From assembly GCF_009914755.1 (NCBI RefSeq), contig NC_060947.1: 64,000 nt of DNA; one strand, written 5' to 3'. How positions within the stretch are numbered: position 1 is the first letter of the stretch; the number at the start of each line of letters is the position of its first letter. The stretch is from the human T2T-CHM13v2.0 reference genome, Homo sapiens. The position numbers were made by a program, and so were the translations under genes. Of this stretch, positions 28,921 to 42,682 are shown piece after piece. The notes below the pieces were generated by a model. It had not been told where the DNA came from and ran no database searches. It saw only the letters and a program-made list of their open reading frames with translations.

Positions 28921-29948
28921 TGAGTTAAAAATCAGTATTTTAAAAAGTAGAGAGCCCTTAAAATACTTTAACTTTACATTAGTATTGTTCTTTACTGTTT
29001 AAAAGTTCTTTGCTTTAAATTTTCTCATCTAATCTTTAAAATAGTATTGGGGGATAGCGAATACATTATCCATACTATAAATAGAGCAGTAGGGGACCAA
29101 GAAATATTATATAACTTGGCTAAGATTACTTCGTGGCAGAGTCAGGATTCCTATTCTTTCTTCTCTTGCCAGTGATCATAACATAATCAGGTTTACTGTG
29201 TGCCTAGGCATGGTGGGAAACACTTAACATTGATTATTTTATTTAATCCTTCTAACAAAACTGTGTGGGAAGTACTAATAGTAGTACTGGTACTATTAAT
29301 AGTAGTTTGGTCAAGAGAACTGGGGCTCAGAAAGTTTACATGACTGGATGTGGCTTGCATGTGGTACATGCAGGATTTGATCCAAAGTTTCTCTCACTCC
29401 AGAGCCCATGCTGCTAATCATGACCTTGTGTTGCTGAAGTGAATATTTTCTACTATCCCATTGTTGTTTAAATTGTTAAAAGTATGAAAGCATCTTATTT
29501 AAAATTCCCTATGTCTCAGTATACATGGATGAGCTCTGTTGTGATCTTTATGCCCGTGTGTTCTTTGGGTTTGTTGACTAGCATCATATACCTATCTCTC
29601 TTGCTTTCTCTATGGGCCCTTTGCTGTGCCAGCCACACATGAGTTTACCAGCTTCCCAGCTAACCAGGGGCCAGCATGTTCTTCCTGGAGGCATGCCCAG
29701 CCACTATAGGAAAGGGGTATGACGTGTGCAGCAGGCTGCATGTCCTGTGCTTGGCAAAGGCTGGCAACTCCCACTGGGGTGGAGAAGGGACAGGATTCTC
29801 CACATGGTTCCCATGGTACACTTGACAAGAGGGAATGATAGTACCACAGTGTTATGTCTGGGTCCTGGAATGCTTCATTTATATGTACCTCAGTTGACAT
29901 GTGACTTGCTCAGTCCTGCTGCTATAGCCTGCTGCTGGAAGGGCTGCC

Positions 29949-30049
29949 TCAGTGGAAAGCATGCATCCAGGGTGTGGAGCCAAAATTAGAAGGGCCAAAA
30001 TTCTACCTGGCCCACTACCACAGCAACCTTGGGCATCGTTTTCTTTTGA
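29949..30049 (+). ncRNA. MIR3978: Annotated pre-miRNA mir-3978 (mature ~29952-29975 GTGGAAAGCATGCATCCAGGGTGT)
   Basis: Matches the recalled hsa-mir-3978 precursor; hairpin pairing is weak. Confidence 0.75.
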
Positions 30050-32052
30050 TCTCTAGTATCTCCAACTCCTAGAATTCCAGCCTGGCAGTCTTCTGCCTCT
30101 GAAGGCCTCTTATCCTTCCTGTTCTTGGCTCCTCTTCTCTGTGAATGCTTACATAGCAGCGTCAGAGTTGTTTGTTGTATTGTGTCTGTACATGCAGTGC
30201 TGTTCTGTATCTCTTTGAATCTGAGCCATTTTCTTTTGACTCATTTGGCTGATGTGAATGGTACTTTCCTGAAGAGCTATCTACCAGTGCCGTTGACATC
30301 CAAGCCACAGAATTCTTTTCCTCACTTCGGTTTGAATAAAACCAACATATCCTTAGGGATGGTTTTGCACTTACTATCCTGCTACTAACTTGGAAAAACG
30401 TTACATGTCTCATTCATCTTAGGGAACCGACCCAGTCCCAAAATATGAACTAGCCTGCCTCACCAGTTATTAACAAATAAGATTTCCTTTTGAAAACCTC
30501 AGGGATAGGATAAAGGACTGTGTTGCAGTGTAACCAGACCTCCCCCTCACCCCCCAGTTCCCCCAACACATCTCACATCTCACTGGTGGCTTCTCTTTTC
30601 TTTTTCCCTTGCCTTTTGTGTCAGTTTTTTTTTCTTTCAAATATCATTATGGGTAATTTGGAACATATACATAATATGGTGGTTACTTATATCTATTAGC
30701 TATTTACATATTTTATTCTGTAGATTGTCAGCTCATGGTCTCTGCTGAATTTTGATGTACAGGTGTTTCCCTTGTTGATTTGTATGAGTTTTACATATAT
30801 AAAGAGTGTTAATCTTTTATCACTTTTGCAGTAAATGTTTTCCCCAGATTGTCTTCTAACTTTTTAATGATGCTTTTGATAATAGATTTGGTTTACATTT
30901 TTATTGGTCAAATTGATTGATTTCTAAACCCCCTTCAGATCATGGTAATTTCTTCCATTGCTTTTACACTTGAAAAGACATTTCCCATTCTAAGGTTAGA
31001 ATGGGATTTAAAACAATCCAGTTTTAAAATAGTTTTAAAAATATTTAACTTGTCAGTCCATCAAAAATTCATTTTGTGACTAGTATGAAGTAGAGTATAG
31101 CTTATATTTTCCCCTAGAGAGTCATTTATTTGAGCACCATTCATCAAATAACTATTTTCCTATGATTATTGCTATTATACTTTTATCATACATAAATTCT
31201 TCTATATGCTAGGATTTTTTCAGCTTGTATTATTCATTGATCTCTCTCTTGGGTTTTCCATCAGTTTCATACCCTTATATATGCAACAGCTGGTAAACCA
31301 GATTTCTTTTGCTTTCTCTGCAGCCTAGCGCATTACCCACACTTTTTTCTTAGCTAGTCTCAACCATTTTTTCGTCCAAATGAACTTAGAATGTTTCTGT
31401 CAGGTTCTCCTCAAAATCCTACCAGGATTTTGATTGGAACTACTTTAAACCTAAAATTTCATTGACATCATCACAACACAGAGTCTGTCATCCAGGAAAA
31501 GACATGATATGTTAATTTATTAATTTTCTTTTATGTTCCTTAGTTGCTCACATGCATGTGTGTGTATCTCATATATTTCTCATCAAGATCATCCCTGGAT
31601 AGTTGATAGTTTATGATATTTATTATATTTTCAAACTAGTTATTACTGGTAGGTAGGAAAATTTTTGATTTTGTGTGTCTATGCTTAATTCTTATTTCTA
31701 ATAGTTTTTCAGTTGCTTCTCTTGGATTATTTTTGAAATTAATCACACCAGCTCCCATATGATAACTTTATTTCCTTTTAAAGAACAAAACTGCTGTTTT
31801 GCTTTCAAACCTGATTGTATTGGCTAGATCTTTTGGGATAATGTTAAATAATAGCAGTACTAGCAGGAGTCCTTGTCTTGCTTCTGATTTTAATGGAAAT
31901 GTTTCTAGTGATTCACTTAATAGAAATGTTTCTAATGGTTCATATTAGTTGGCTCTGATGTTGTCTGTTGGTTTAAGTTAGATGTTTTTTATAATATTAG
32001 GGAATTACCTTATTCTTAAATTATCAAGTCCTCACAAAAATCAAGAATAGTT

Positions 32053-32581
<529 letters not shown>

Positions 32582-33076
32582 TTAGCTGATGTTTTCTAGG
32601 AATCTATTAAGAGGTTCATTTGTGTTTTCTACTTTGATCTCCCCATTTGGTATATTATATTATAGATTTCCTAATATCAATCTTTGTTAGCTTTCTAAGA
32701 TAAATTTTCCTTTTCCTTTGCATGCTTGGGAGAGCCTCAGATTTGGCTTCCATACTATTAATTTGATTGATTTTGCTCTCTGCTGTCTCCAATGTGAAAT
32801 TTATTTATTTTTGTTACAATGTTAATTTCTCTGTATTTCTTTCTAGCTCTGTTGAGCTACTTACCCTAGGTTGTCTTTCCTTCTCAATGTTTTATTCTAG
32901 TGGCTTTCTATACCTGTTTCATAGAGTCCATGTTTTCTTTCATTCTATTGAGGATGTAAACAGTTTTCTAAAATATTTCTTCTGGTTTATACACAAAATT
33001 AAGACGTTTTTGTTTCCTCTGAGTTGTCAGAGTGATATGCATTTTCCTTGTGCTGCCAGAGGTTTTCATATGAACT

Positions 33077-33382
33077 TTTTTTTTTTTTTTGGTAAAGCAA
33101 CAGGGTCTTGCTCTGTTGCCCAGGCTGGAGTGCAGTGGCATGTTCATAGCTCATGGAATCCTCAAACTCCTGGGCTCAAGTGTTCCTCTCACCTCTGACT
33201 CCAAAATAGCTGGGACTACAGGAAAACACCACCATGCTTGGCTAATTAAAAAAAATATATATATATATATATTAAAACAGGGTTTTGCGGTGTTGCCCAG
33301 TCTTGAACTCCTGGCCTCAAGTGATACTCCCACCTTGGCTTCCCAGTGTTAGGAATAAAGGCATGAGCCACCATGCCTGGTC
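33077..33382 (-). mobile_element. AluJ
   Basis: Reverse Alu dimer with (TA)n in the linker. Confidence 0.9.
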
Positions 33383-34207
33383 AGGTTTTTTGTATGGTTT
33401 ATGAATATTCAAAAAAGGATCTGTCTTTCATCAAATACAGGGTATGTAGATTGCCTTTGACTATCCTCAAGCTCAGATTCTCTCTCATATTGGTTAGAAC
33501 CCTTTTCAGCTCCATTGTTGGCAGGCAGGTTGATACACATAGCTTTTAACCTGTTTCACAGTGTCTGTCAGCTACTCATCTAGTGGGTTCTGCTGGACCC
33601 ATATGGAATCGTCTACCCCTACTACAATGTTCTCAGATGCTCTGAACCAGATAAACTATGTGAAACAGTACAGCCTCCCACATGTGTTACTACCTGAGTG
33701 TTACTTGTGAGGGCTCCCACTCCTAGCACACAGTGTGCCAGTACCAATTCTGCCATTTCTGCCCTTTTGATTTTGGGGAATTAGAGTCTCCATGTGAATG
33801 TAGACCAGTTTTGAGAATTGCTGATTTCCTCTGCAAGTAGTAACCACGTAGTCCAAATGGATGTCCGGTTTGCCAGTTTCTAGATGAACTCTTGGCTTCT
33901 AAGCCATGAGGCTGACAGTTGTGGAAGGACTCAATGTTTCCTATCTTCTTTTAGGTTTCTGTGGGCTGCTGCATGAATTGGCCAGATTGTTTTTTCTCAT
34001 TTCAGTATTAGGCTTATTGTTAATGGAGATTTCTCCCAGATCCTGGTAATAAGTTGGCCATCAGTTTAAGTTTTCAGTGTTTGGGGAATTTTATCTTTTT
34101 CTATATCTTGATAGGTATTTGAGTGGGAAATTGAGAGAGGCTATGTTAGTGATTGCTAGCCAAGTGCTATTTTAAAGTAGAAATCCAGTGTATATTTTAG
34201 ATTAGAG

Positions 34208-34651
34208 CAGAGATTGGCAACCATTTCCTGTAAAGGGCCAGAGAGTAAATATTTTAGACTTTGCAAGCCATATGATCTCTGTGTTTTAACTATTTAACTG
34301 TTGTTGGAGCATGAAAGCATCACAGAAAAATGCAAACAAATTAGTGTGGTTGTGTTCAAATAAAACTTTATTTACATAAACAGGAGGACCAGATGAAAAA
34401 GTTCTGGAGATAGCTGGCAGTCATGGTTACACAACAGTGTGAATGTACTTAATGGCACTGAACTGTACACTTAAAAGCAGTTAAGTTGGAAAAAATTTTA
34501 TATATATATGTATATATGTGTATATATGTATATATGTGTATATATATGTATATATATATGTGTGTGTGTATATATGTGTGTGTGTGTGTATATATATAAA
34601 ATCATGCCAATAAAGAAGCCAAAACAGAAAAACCATATTTTGCTGACTCTG
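34208..34651 (+). mobile_element. MER58A-like hAT-Charlie MITE interrupted by an L1MA/MB 3' end (~34391-34500, +) and a (TA/TG)n repeat
   Basis: CAGAGATTGGCAA...TGTAAAGGGCCAGA...AATAAAACTTTATTTAC; terminal TTGCTGACTCTG. Confidence 0.7.
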
Positions 34652-35261
34652 AGTTTAGAGGAATTAGATCTAGCATAGGCAGAGAGAGAGAGGAAGAAAT
34701 TACATATGTACAGTAGGACAGTGACTCTGTTAATAAGCTAGAAGGCAGTGGGAGACATTTGAGTATTTAAGAGGAATACCATAATGGGGATGGTGAGATC
34801 TTGGAAAGCTACAATTCATCCTAGTGATGTCATCTTATGATCTTTACAGATGGAGATACACAAGAGTTCACATTCACATTCTTTGACATAAGGATCAGAG
34901 TAGGGCTTTTCTACTTCTCTAGAGGCTTGAGAAACCTCTGCAGCTGTCAGAAGTGTTCATATCAGAAACAAAAGCTAACCAGTCATTTCTTTTTGCTTGT
35001 AGTACAAATGGTGACTAGTGATGCTTCTGGTAGTTGATCTGAGCTCTTCCCAGGACTAGAAGATCCTAGCATTTTAGTTATTAACCACAGCACACTTACT
35101 CAATAAAAGAGCAGTCATCAGTCTGAGTCAACTGTTTATACAGCCTCCAGCCTAAGATTCTTCCTTATCAGCTAGAGACCTGGGCTTAAGAATTTCACAA
35201 TGGGCTGGGAGCCTCTTAGAGAAACTAGCCTTTTGAGACTTTCTCTGAGTTGGGCTCTCTT

Positions 35262-35350
35262 GTTTGTTGTTGTTGTTTTTGAAACTGTCTCACTCTGTTG
35301 CCCAGGCTGGAGTGCAGTGGCGTGATCATGGCTCACTGTAGCCTCGACCT
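35262..35350 (-). mobile_element. 5'-truncated AluJ (~90 bp)
   Basis: Imperfect 17-bp TSD CTGAGTTGGG(C/A)T(C/A)TCTT at 35245-35261 and 35351-35367. Confidence 0.85.
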
Positions 35351-37164
35351 CTGAGTTGGGATATCTTGAAGGAATACATGAAGGAAAAGGGAACAGAGAT
35401 TAAGGTTTTCCAGGCTTTGGGTTGTAATCAGACAGTTTAGCTGTATTCTGAACACCCAGCACTTAATGTGCTTGGTTATCCATGTGTATGTATCAAGGGT
35501 GGGGGAACTCATGGAGTGAGTCACTGAGTGGTATGGTTTAAATGGCAGGAAACTCTTCCCTCACCCCGCCTTGGGTAAGAAAAGGGCATAGCAGAGCGCT
35601 GACACACATCCCTCTGCTCCAGAAAGTGTACAGTACCCCTCTGCTCCCCACTGAAACCCTAAAGTTGTTCATCTTCATGTGTGCCAGGAAAGGAGTGGAT
35701 CTGTGATGCAAATAGGATTATTTGGTCATATCTGCTGACTCAGTCTAAAGAAGCTTTTGAAGGGGATGAGATGAAATTTCATCTATGCTGCAGAGAGCAG
35801 GAGGTGCATTGCTGGATGGAGAGAGGACTGTAGGCTGCATGTGAGCCAAGGTAGACGAGGGAAGCATGGGGGTGGGCATGAGGAACTGGGGCAGCCTGAC
35901 ACGTGATCTTGGCATTGCAAAACTGATATCCTGTTGGCCTTTGGGCCACATGATATGATGACAGTGCAGTATCCCCATGGCCCTTTCTTTTTCTAGATTT
36001 CATTTATGATACTCTCAGATTTTTAAATAGCATGACTTTCCCCAGGGAGAAATTCAGACCTCAGGTCTCTAGGACTGCTCTGAGGTCATGAGATAGACTC
36101 AGTTTGAACCTGTTGAGTTTAAATGTCTTGGAATGATTTTAGCATCTCAGTACCCCCTTTCCCAGTGCTCATCTGGTCAGCTGCTCTGGAACCTGAGGGA
36201 TTCTAAACTGAGACTTAGTTTGGGGTCATATGCAGTTAAAAAGGGACAGTCTTTTGGCACCTTCACCTCGGAGGTGGCTGCTTTTTGGCTTAGCGTTGGA
36301 CTCATCACTGAAAAAGATAGTTGAGAGGTTGTTTTTGACCTGAGCAGCCTTATTAAGACTCAGTTATTGGCAAAGGAGAGAAGGCTCTGCTTATAAATGT
36401 TGCAGATTTAAAGGGGAAAGAGGAAACCACAGTAAGTAAAGAGCGATTCAGGGAGACCAGTTTCTCTTTTTTATTCAGAATGCTGCTCAGGTATCTGCTT
36501 TCCTAGGAGCCACCTTATTGTCAGGTTCTGCCTTCGGTTTATGTGTATTCTTCCCTTAATTCTTAGAAGAGGGAAGATGCTTTGGGGTTGTTCACAGGTT
36601 CCCATTCGACATAAAATAGAAGCTGCCTACCTTTACATATACTCAGTTTTATCTTCTCCAAGTCTCCCAGAAGTTCTCTTTGAAAGTTCCTAGAGCAGGG
36701 ACTGCTTTTATTTTTTTTCCTTCTCCTAGGCTTTAAGCATGTATTTAGATGTATGTCACCATTGGGTAAAAGAAAGGCTAAAGATTCAGATAACTTTTCC
36801 CATCTGTGGAAACATGGAAAGCAGTACTCAGCAGAGGAATGAGGACTGATTATTTTGGGCCTCTTTTTACTTTATCCAAGTGAAGAATCTACTGTGCTAT
36901 ATATTTGTCAAAAGCAATTCCAAAGGGCAGGGGTTGGGGGAAAGCAGTACGGCATAATAAGATTTGGGCAAGTTAGATAGGAGCTGTGCAGTTGGTAATG
37001 AAGAAGCAGAACTGTTTCTTTCTCATTATAAAAGTAATCCATGCTAATTGTAAGGAAAAGAAATAAAATATTATAGAAAGCAATAAAGAATACAATAATA
37101 ATAACTGATAATTCCTGTTAATATGTTGGTATAATTTCTTCTTAGTTTTCTGTAGGTATAGATT

Positions 37165-37386
37165 TCGGCTCACTGCAACCTCTGCCACCCAGGTTCAAGC
37201 GATTCTCCTGCCTCAGCTTCCCGAGTAGCTGAGATTACAGGCACTGCCACCACACCCGGCTAATTTTTGTATTTTTAGTAGAGACAGGGTTTCACCATAT
37301 TGGTCAGGCTGGTCTTGAACTCCTGACCTCATGATCCACCCACCTCAGCCTCCCAAAGTGCTGGGATTACAGGCGTGAGCCACCAT
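37165..37386 (-). mobile_element. AluS truncated at both ends, no poly-A tail or TSD
   Basis: Starts abruptly at TCGGCTCACTGC and ends at GAGCCACCAT, embedded in an old L1M. Confidence 0.88.
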
Positions 37387-38211
37387 TTTTAGAAACAAAA
37401 TAAAGATCATTCTACATATGATACTTTGTAATATTTAAAATATAACGGGATTGTTTACCCATCTAATTAAGTATTCTTAACATGATTTCTGATGGCTACA
37501 TAGTATTCCATTGTTTGGATGAACATAATATAATGTATTTAAACACTGTTCTGTTCAATTCAGCATTTGATTTATCGGGTAGACATGTTTTGAAGGGATC
37601 TTGAATAGTACAGTGGAATTAGAGTTATAGTTGCGGTTCTGCTTAATTCTTAGCTCTGTGATCCTGAGCATAGATTAAAGTCTTAGCTTCCATTTCCTCA
37701 TTTGTAAAAGAATGCTATTAATAGTAATGACCCTCCTGAGTAAAAATGGTTAGATGACATGACCCATGTAAATTTCTTAGCATGAAATCTAACATATACC
37801 AGGAACTCAATAATTGTTAGTAGTAGCGTATAGCATTATCCTTGTCTTGACACTTTGTCATCTGTGTACTCACTGTTAGAATTTGGGTCTCAAGGAAAGA
37901 AAATTGCTTTCATTTAGATAAGTAAAATTTCAGAATGAAAATTGCCTTTAGATAGGTAGCCTCTTTTACCAGTTGAGTACCTTCCAGATAGGGGCATTTG
38001 CCAACTTCCTGAATTTCACAGGGAAAAAAAAAATTCTGCAGTCTCTGTGGTTGTGCGGCCCCATTTGGTTCAGAACAAGGAAGTGGGAAACCACCAGCTG
38101 CAACCAGGGAATTATCTTTGTGTCCGCAGGCAAAGCCAGCCAAGCCCCCCTGTTCTACTTATCTTTTTTTTTTTCTTTACTTGCTTGTTTTTTATGTTCT
38201 TTTAGTCTGAA

Positions 38212-38514
38212 TTTTTTTTTTTTTGAGCAGAGTCTTGCTCTGTTGCCCAGGCTAGAGTGTAGTGGCACAATCTCGGCTCACTGCAACCTCTACCTCCTGG
38301 GTTCCAGCGATTCTCCTACCTCGGCCTCCTGAGTAGCTGGGACTTCAGGCACATGCCACCACACTCGGCTAATTTTTTGTATTTATTTATTTTTTTAGTA
38401 GAGGTGGGGTTTCACCATATTAACCAGGATGGTCTTGATCTCCTGACTTTGTGATCCGCCTGTCTCAGCCTCTCAAAATGCTGGGATTACAGGCGTGAGC
38501 CACTGCACCTGGCC
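38212..38514 (-). mobile_element. AluSc-like
   Basis: Reverse Alu dimer. Confidence 0.92.
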
Positions 38515-38824
38515 TGGAAATTTTTAAACATACGGAAAAGTGAATAGCGCAGTACATAGAATACTTGTATAGCTTCTGCTTAGTCTCAGCAGTTGTCCTA
38601 CTTTCTTTATTTTTATTTTTTATTATACTTTAAGTTCTAGGGTACATGTGCACAACATGCAGGTTTGTTACATATGTATACATGTGCCATGTTGGTGTGC
38701 TGCACCCATTAACTTGTCATTTACATTAGGTATATCTCCTAATGCTATCCCTCCCCCAGCCCCCCACCCCATGACAGGCCCGGCGTGTGATGTTCCCCTT
38801 CCTGTGTCCAAGTGTTCTCATTGT

Positions 38825-41800
38825 TCAATTCCCACCTATGAATGAGAACATGCAGTATTTGGTTTTCTGTCCTTGCGATAGTTTGTGGAGAATGATGGTT
38901 TCCAGCTTCATCCATGTCCCTACAAAGGACATGAACTCATCCTTTTTTATGGCTGCATAGTATTCCATGGTGTATATGTGCCACATTTTCTTAATCCAGT
39001 CTATCATTGATGGACATTTGGGTTGGTTCCAAGTCTTTGCTATTGTGAATAGTGCCACAATAAACATACATGTGCATGTGTCTTTATAGCAGCATGATTT
39101 ATAATCCTTTGGGTATACACCCAGTAATGGGATGACTGGCTCAAATGGTATTTCTAGTTCTATATCCTTGAGGAATCGCCACACAGTCTTCCGCAATGGT
39201 TGAACTAGTTTACAGTCCCAACAACAGTGTAAAAGTGTTCCTATTTCTCCACATCCTCTCCAGCACCTGTTGTTTCCTGACTTTTTAATGATCGCCATTC
39301 TAACTGGTGTGAGATGGTATCTCACTGTGGTTTTGATTTGCATTTCTCTGATGGCCAGGGATGATGAGCATTTTTTCATGTGTCTTTTGGCTACATAAAT
39401 GTCTTCTTTTGGGAAGTGTCTGTTCATATCCTTTGCCCACTTTTTGATGGGGCTGTTTGATTTTTTCTTGTAAATTTGTTTAAGTTCTTTGTAGATTCTG
39501 CATATTAGCCCTTTGTCAGATGGGTAGATTGTAAAAATTTTCTCCCATTGTGTAGGTTGCCTGTTCATTCTGATGTTGGTTTCTTTTGCTGTGCAGAAAC
39601 TCTTTAGTTTAATTAGATCCCATTTGTCAATTTTGTCTTTTGTTGCCATTGCTTTTGGTGTTTCAGTCATGAAGTCTTTGCCCATGCCTATGTCCTGAAT
39701 GCTATTGCCTAGGTTTTCTTCTAGGGTTTTTATGGTTTCAGGTCTAACATTTAAGTCTTTAATCCATCTTGAATTAATTTTTGCATAAGGTGTAAGGAAG
39801 GGATCCAATTTCAGCTTTCTACATATGGTTAGCCAGTTTTCCCAGCACCATTTATTAAATAGGTAATCCTTTCCCCATTTCTTGTTTTTGTCAGGTTTGT
39901 CAGAGATCAGATGGTTGTAGATGTGTGGTGCTATTTCTGAGGGCTCTGTTCTGTTCCATTGGTCCATATCTCTGTTTTGGTACCAGTACCATGCTGTTTT
40001 GGTTACTGCAGCCTTGTAGTATAGTTTGAAGTCAGATAGCATGATGCCTCCAGCTTTGTTCTTTTGGCTTAGGATTGTCTTGGCAATGCAGGCTCTTTTT
40101 TGGTTCCATATGAACTTTAAAGTAGTTTTTTCCAATTCTGTGAAGAAAGTCATTGGTAGCTTGATGGGGATGGCATTGAATCTATAAATTACCTTGGGCA
40201 GTATGGCCATTTTCACAATATCGATACTTCCTATCCATGAGCATGGAATGTTCTTCCATTTGTTTGTATCCTCTTTTATTTCATTGAGCAGTGGTTTGTA
40301 GTTCTCCTTGAAGAGGTCCTTCACATCCCTTGTAAGGTGGATTCGTAGGTATTTTATTCTCTTTGAAGCAATTGTGAATGGGAGTTCACTCATGATTTGG
40401 CTCTCTGTTTGTCTGTTATTGGTGTATAAGAATGCTTGTGATTTTTGCACATTGATTTTGTATCCTGAGACTTTGCTGAAGTTGCTTGTCAGCTTAAAGA
40501 GATTTGGGGCTGAGATGATGGGGTTTTCTAAATATACAATCATGTCATCTGCAAACAGAGACAATTTGACTTCCTCTTTTCCTAATTGAATACCCTTTAT
40601 TTCTTTCTCTTGCCTGATTGCCCTGGCCAGAGCTTCCAACACTCTGTTGAATAGTAGTGGTGAGAGAGGGCATCCCTGTCTTGTGCCAGTTTTCAAAGGG
40701 AATGCTTCCAGTTTATGCTCATTCAGTATGATATTGGCTGTGGATTTCTCATAAATAGCTCTTATTATTTTGAGATATGTCCCATCAATACCTAGTTTAT
40801 TGAGAATTTTTAGCATGAAGGGCTGTTGAATTTTGTCGAAGGCCTTTTCTGCATCTATTGAGATAATCGTGTGGTTTTTGTCTTTGATTCTGTTTATATG
40901 ACGGGTTATGTTTATTGATTTGCATGTGTTGAAGCAGCCTTGCATCCCAGGGATGAAGCCAACTTGATCGTGATGGATAAGCTTTTTGATGTGTTGCTGG
41001 ATTCGGTTTGCCAGTATTTTATTGAGGATTTTTGCATCGATGTTCATCAGGGATATTGGTCTAAAATTCTCTTTTTTTGTTGTGTCTCTGCCAGGCTTTG
41101 GTATCAGGATGATGCTGGCCTCATAAAATAAGTTAGGAAGGATTCCCTCTTTTTCTATTGATTGGAATAGCCCCTCTTTGTACCTCTGGTAGAATTCGGC
41201 TGTGAATTCATCTGGCCCTGGACTTTTTTTGTTTGATAGGCTATTAATTATTGCCTCAATTTCAGAGCCTGTTATTGTTATATTCAGGGATTCAACTTCT
41301 TCCTGGTTTACTCTTGGGAGGGTGTATGTGTCCAGGAATTTATCCATTTCTTCTAGATTTTCTAGTTTATTTGTGTAGAGGTCTTTATAGTATTCTCTGA
41401 TAGTTTGTATTTCTGTGGAATCTGTGGTGATATCCCCTTTATCATTTTTTATTGTGTATATTTGATTCTTCTCTCTTTTCTTCTTTATTAGGCTTGATAG
41501 TGGTCTATCAATTTTGTTGATCTTTTCAGAAAACCAGCTCCTGGATTCATTGATTTTTTTGAAGGGTGTTTTGTGTCTGTATCTCCTTCAGTTCTCCTCT
41601 GATCTTAGTTATTTCTTGCCTTCCGCTAGCTTTTGAATGTGTTTGCTCTTGCTTCTCTAGTTCTTTTAACTGTGATTTTAGGTGTCAATTTTAGATCTTT
41701 CCTGCTTTCTCTTGTGGGCATTTAGTGCTATAAATTTTCCTCTATACTCAGCTTTAAATGTGTCCCAGAGATTCTGGTATGTTATGTCTTTGTTCTCATT

Positions 41801-42619
41801 GGTTTCAAAGAACATCTTTATTTCTGCCTTCATTTCGTTATGTACCCAGTAGTCATTCAGGAGCAGGTTGTTCAGTTTCCATGTAGTTGAGTGGTTTTGA
41901 GTGAGTTTCTTAATCCTGAGTTCTAGTTTGATTGCACTGTGGTCTGAGAGACAGTTTGTTATAATTTCTGTTCTTTTACATTTGCTGAGGAGTGCTTTAC
42001 TTCCAACTATGTGGTCAATTTTGGAATAAGTGTGATGTGGTGTTCAGAAGAATGTATATTCTGTTGATTTGGGGTGGAGAGTTCTGTAGATGTCTATTAA
42101 GTCCACTTGGTGCAGAGCTGAGTTTAATTCCTGGATATCCTTAACTTTCTGTCTCATTGATCTGTCTAATGTTGACAGTGGGGAGTTAAAGTCTCCTATT
42201 ATTATTGTGTGGGAGTCTAAGTCTCTTTGTAGGTCTCTAAGGACTTGCTTTATGAATCTGGGTGCTCCTGTAGTGGGTGCATATATATTTAGAATGGTTA
42301 GCTCTTCTTGTTGAATTGATCCCTTTTCCATTACTTAATGGCCTTCTTTGTCTCTTGATCTTTGTTGGTTTAAAGTCTGTTTTATCAGAGAGTAGGATTG
42401 CAACCCCTGCTTTTGTTTTCTATTTGCTTGGTAGATCTTCCTCCATCCCTTTATTTTGATCCTGTGTCTGTCTCTGCACATGAGATGGGTCTCCTGAATA
42501 CAGCACACTGATGGGTCTTGACTCTTTATCCAATTTGCCAGTCTGTGTCTTTTAATTGGAGCATTTGGCCCATTTACATTTAAGGTCAATATGGTTATGT
42601 GTGAATTTGATCCTGTCAT
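38825..42619 (-). pseudogene. L1 ORF2 (endonuclease/reverse transcriptase); endonuclease region frameshifted, RT plus C-terminus open for 840 aa (38825-41347)
   Basis: MTGSNSHITILTLNVNG start at 42619; [11 protein letters not shown] motif; [18 protein letters not shown] cysteine-rich motif. Confidence 0.95.
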
Positions 42620-42682
42620 TATGATGTTAGCTGGTTATTTTGCTTATTAGTTGATGCAGTTTCTTCCTAGCATCAAAGGTCT

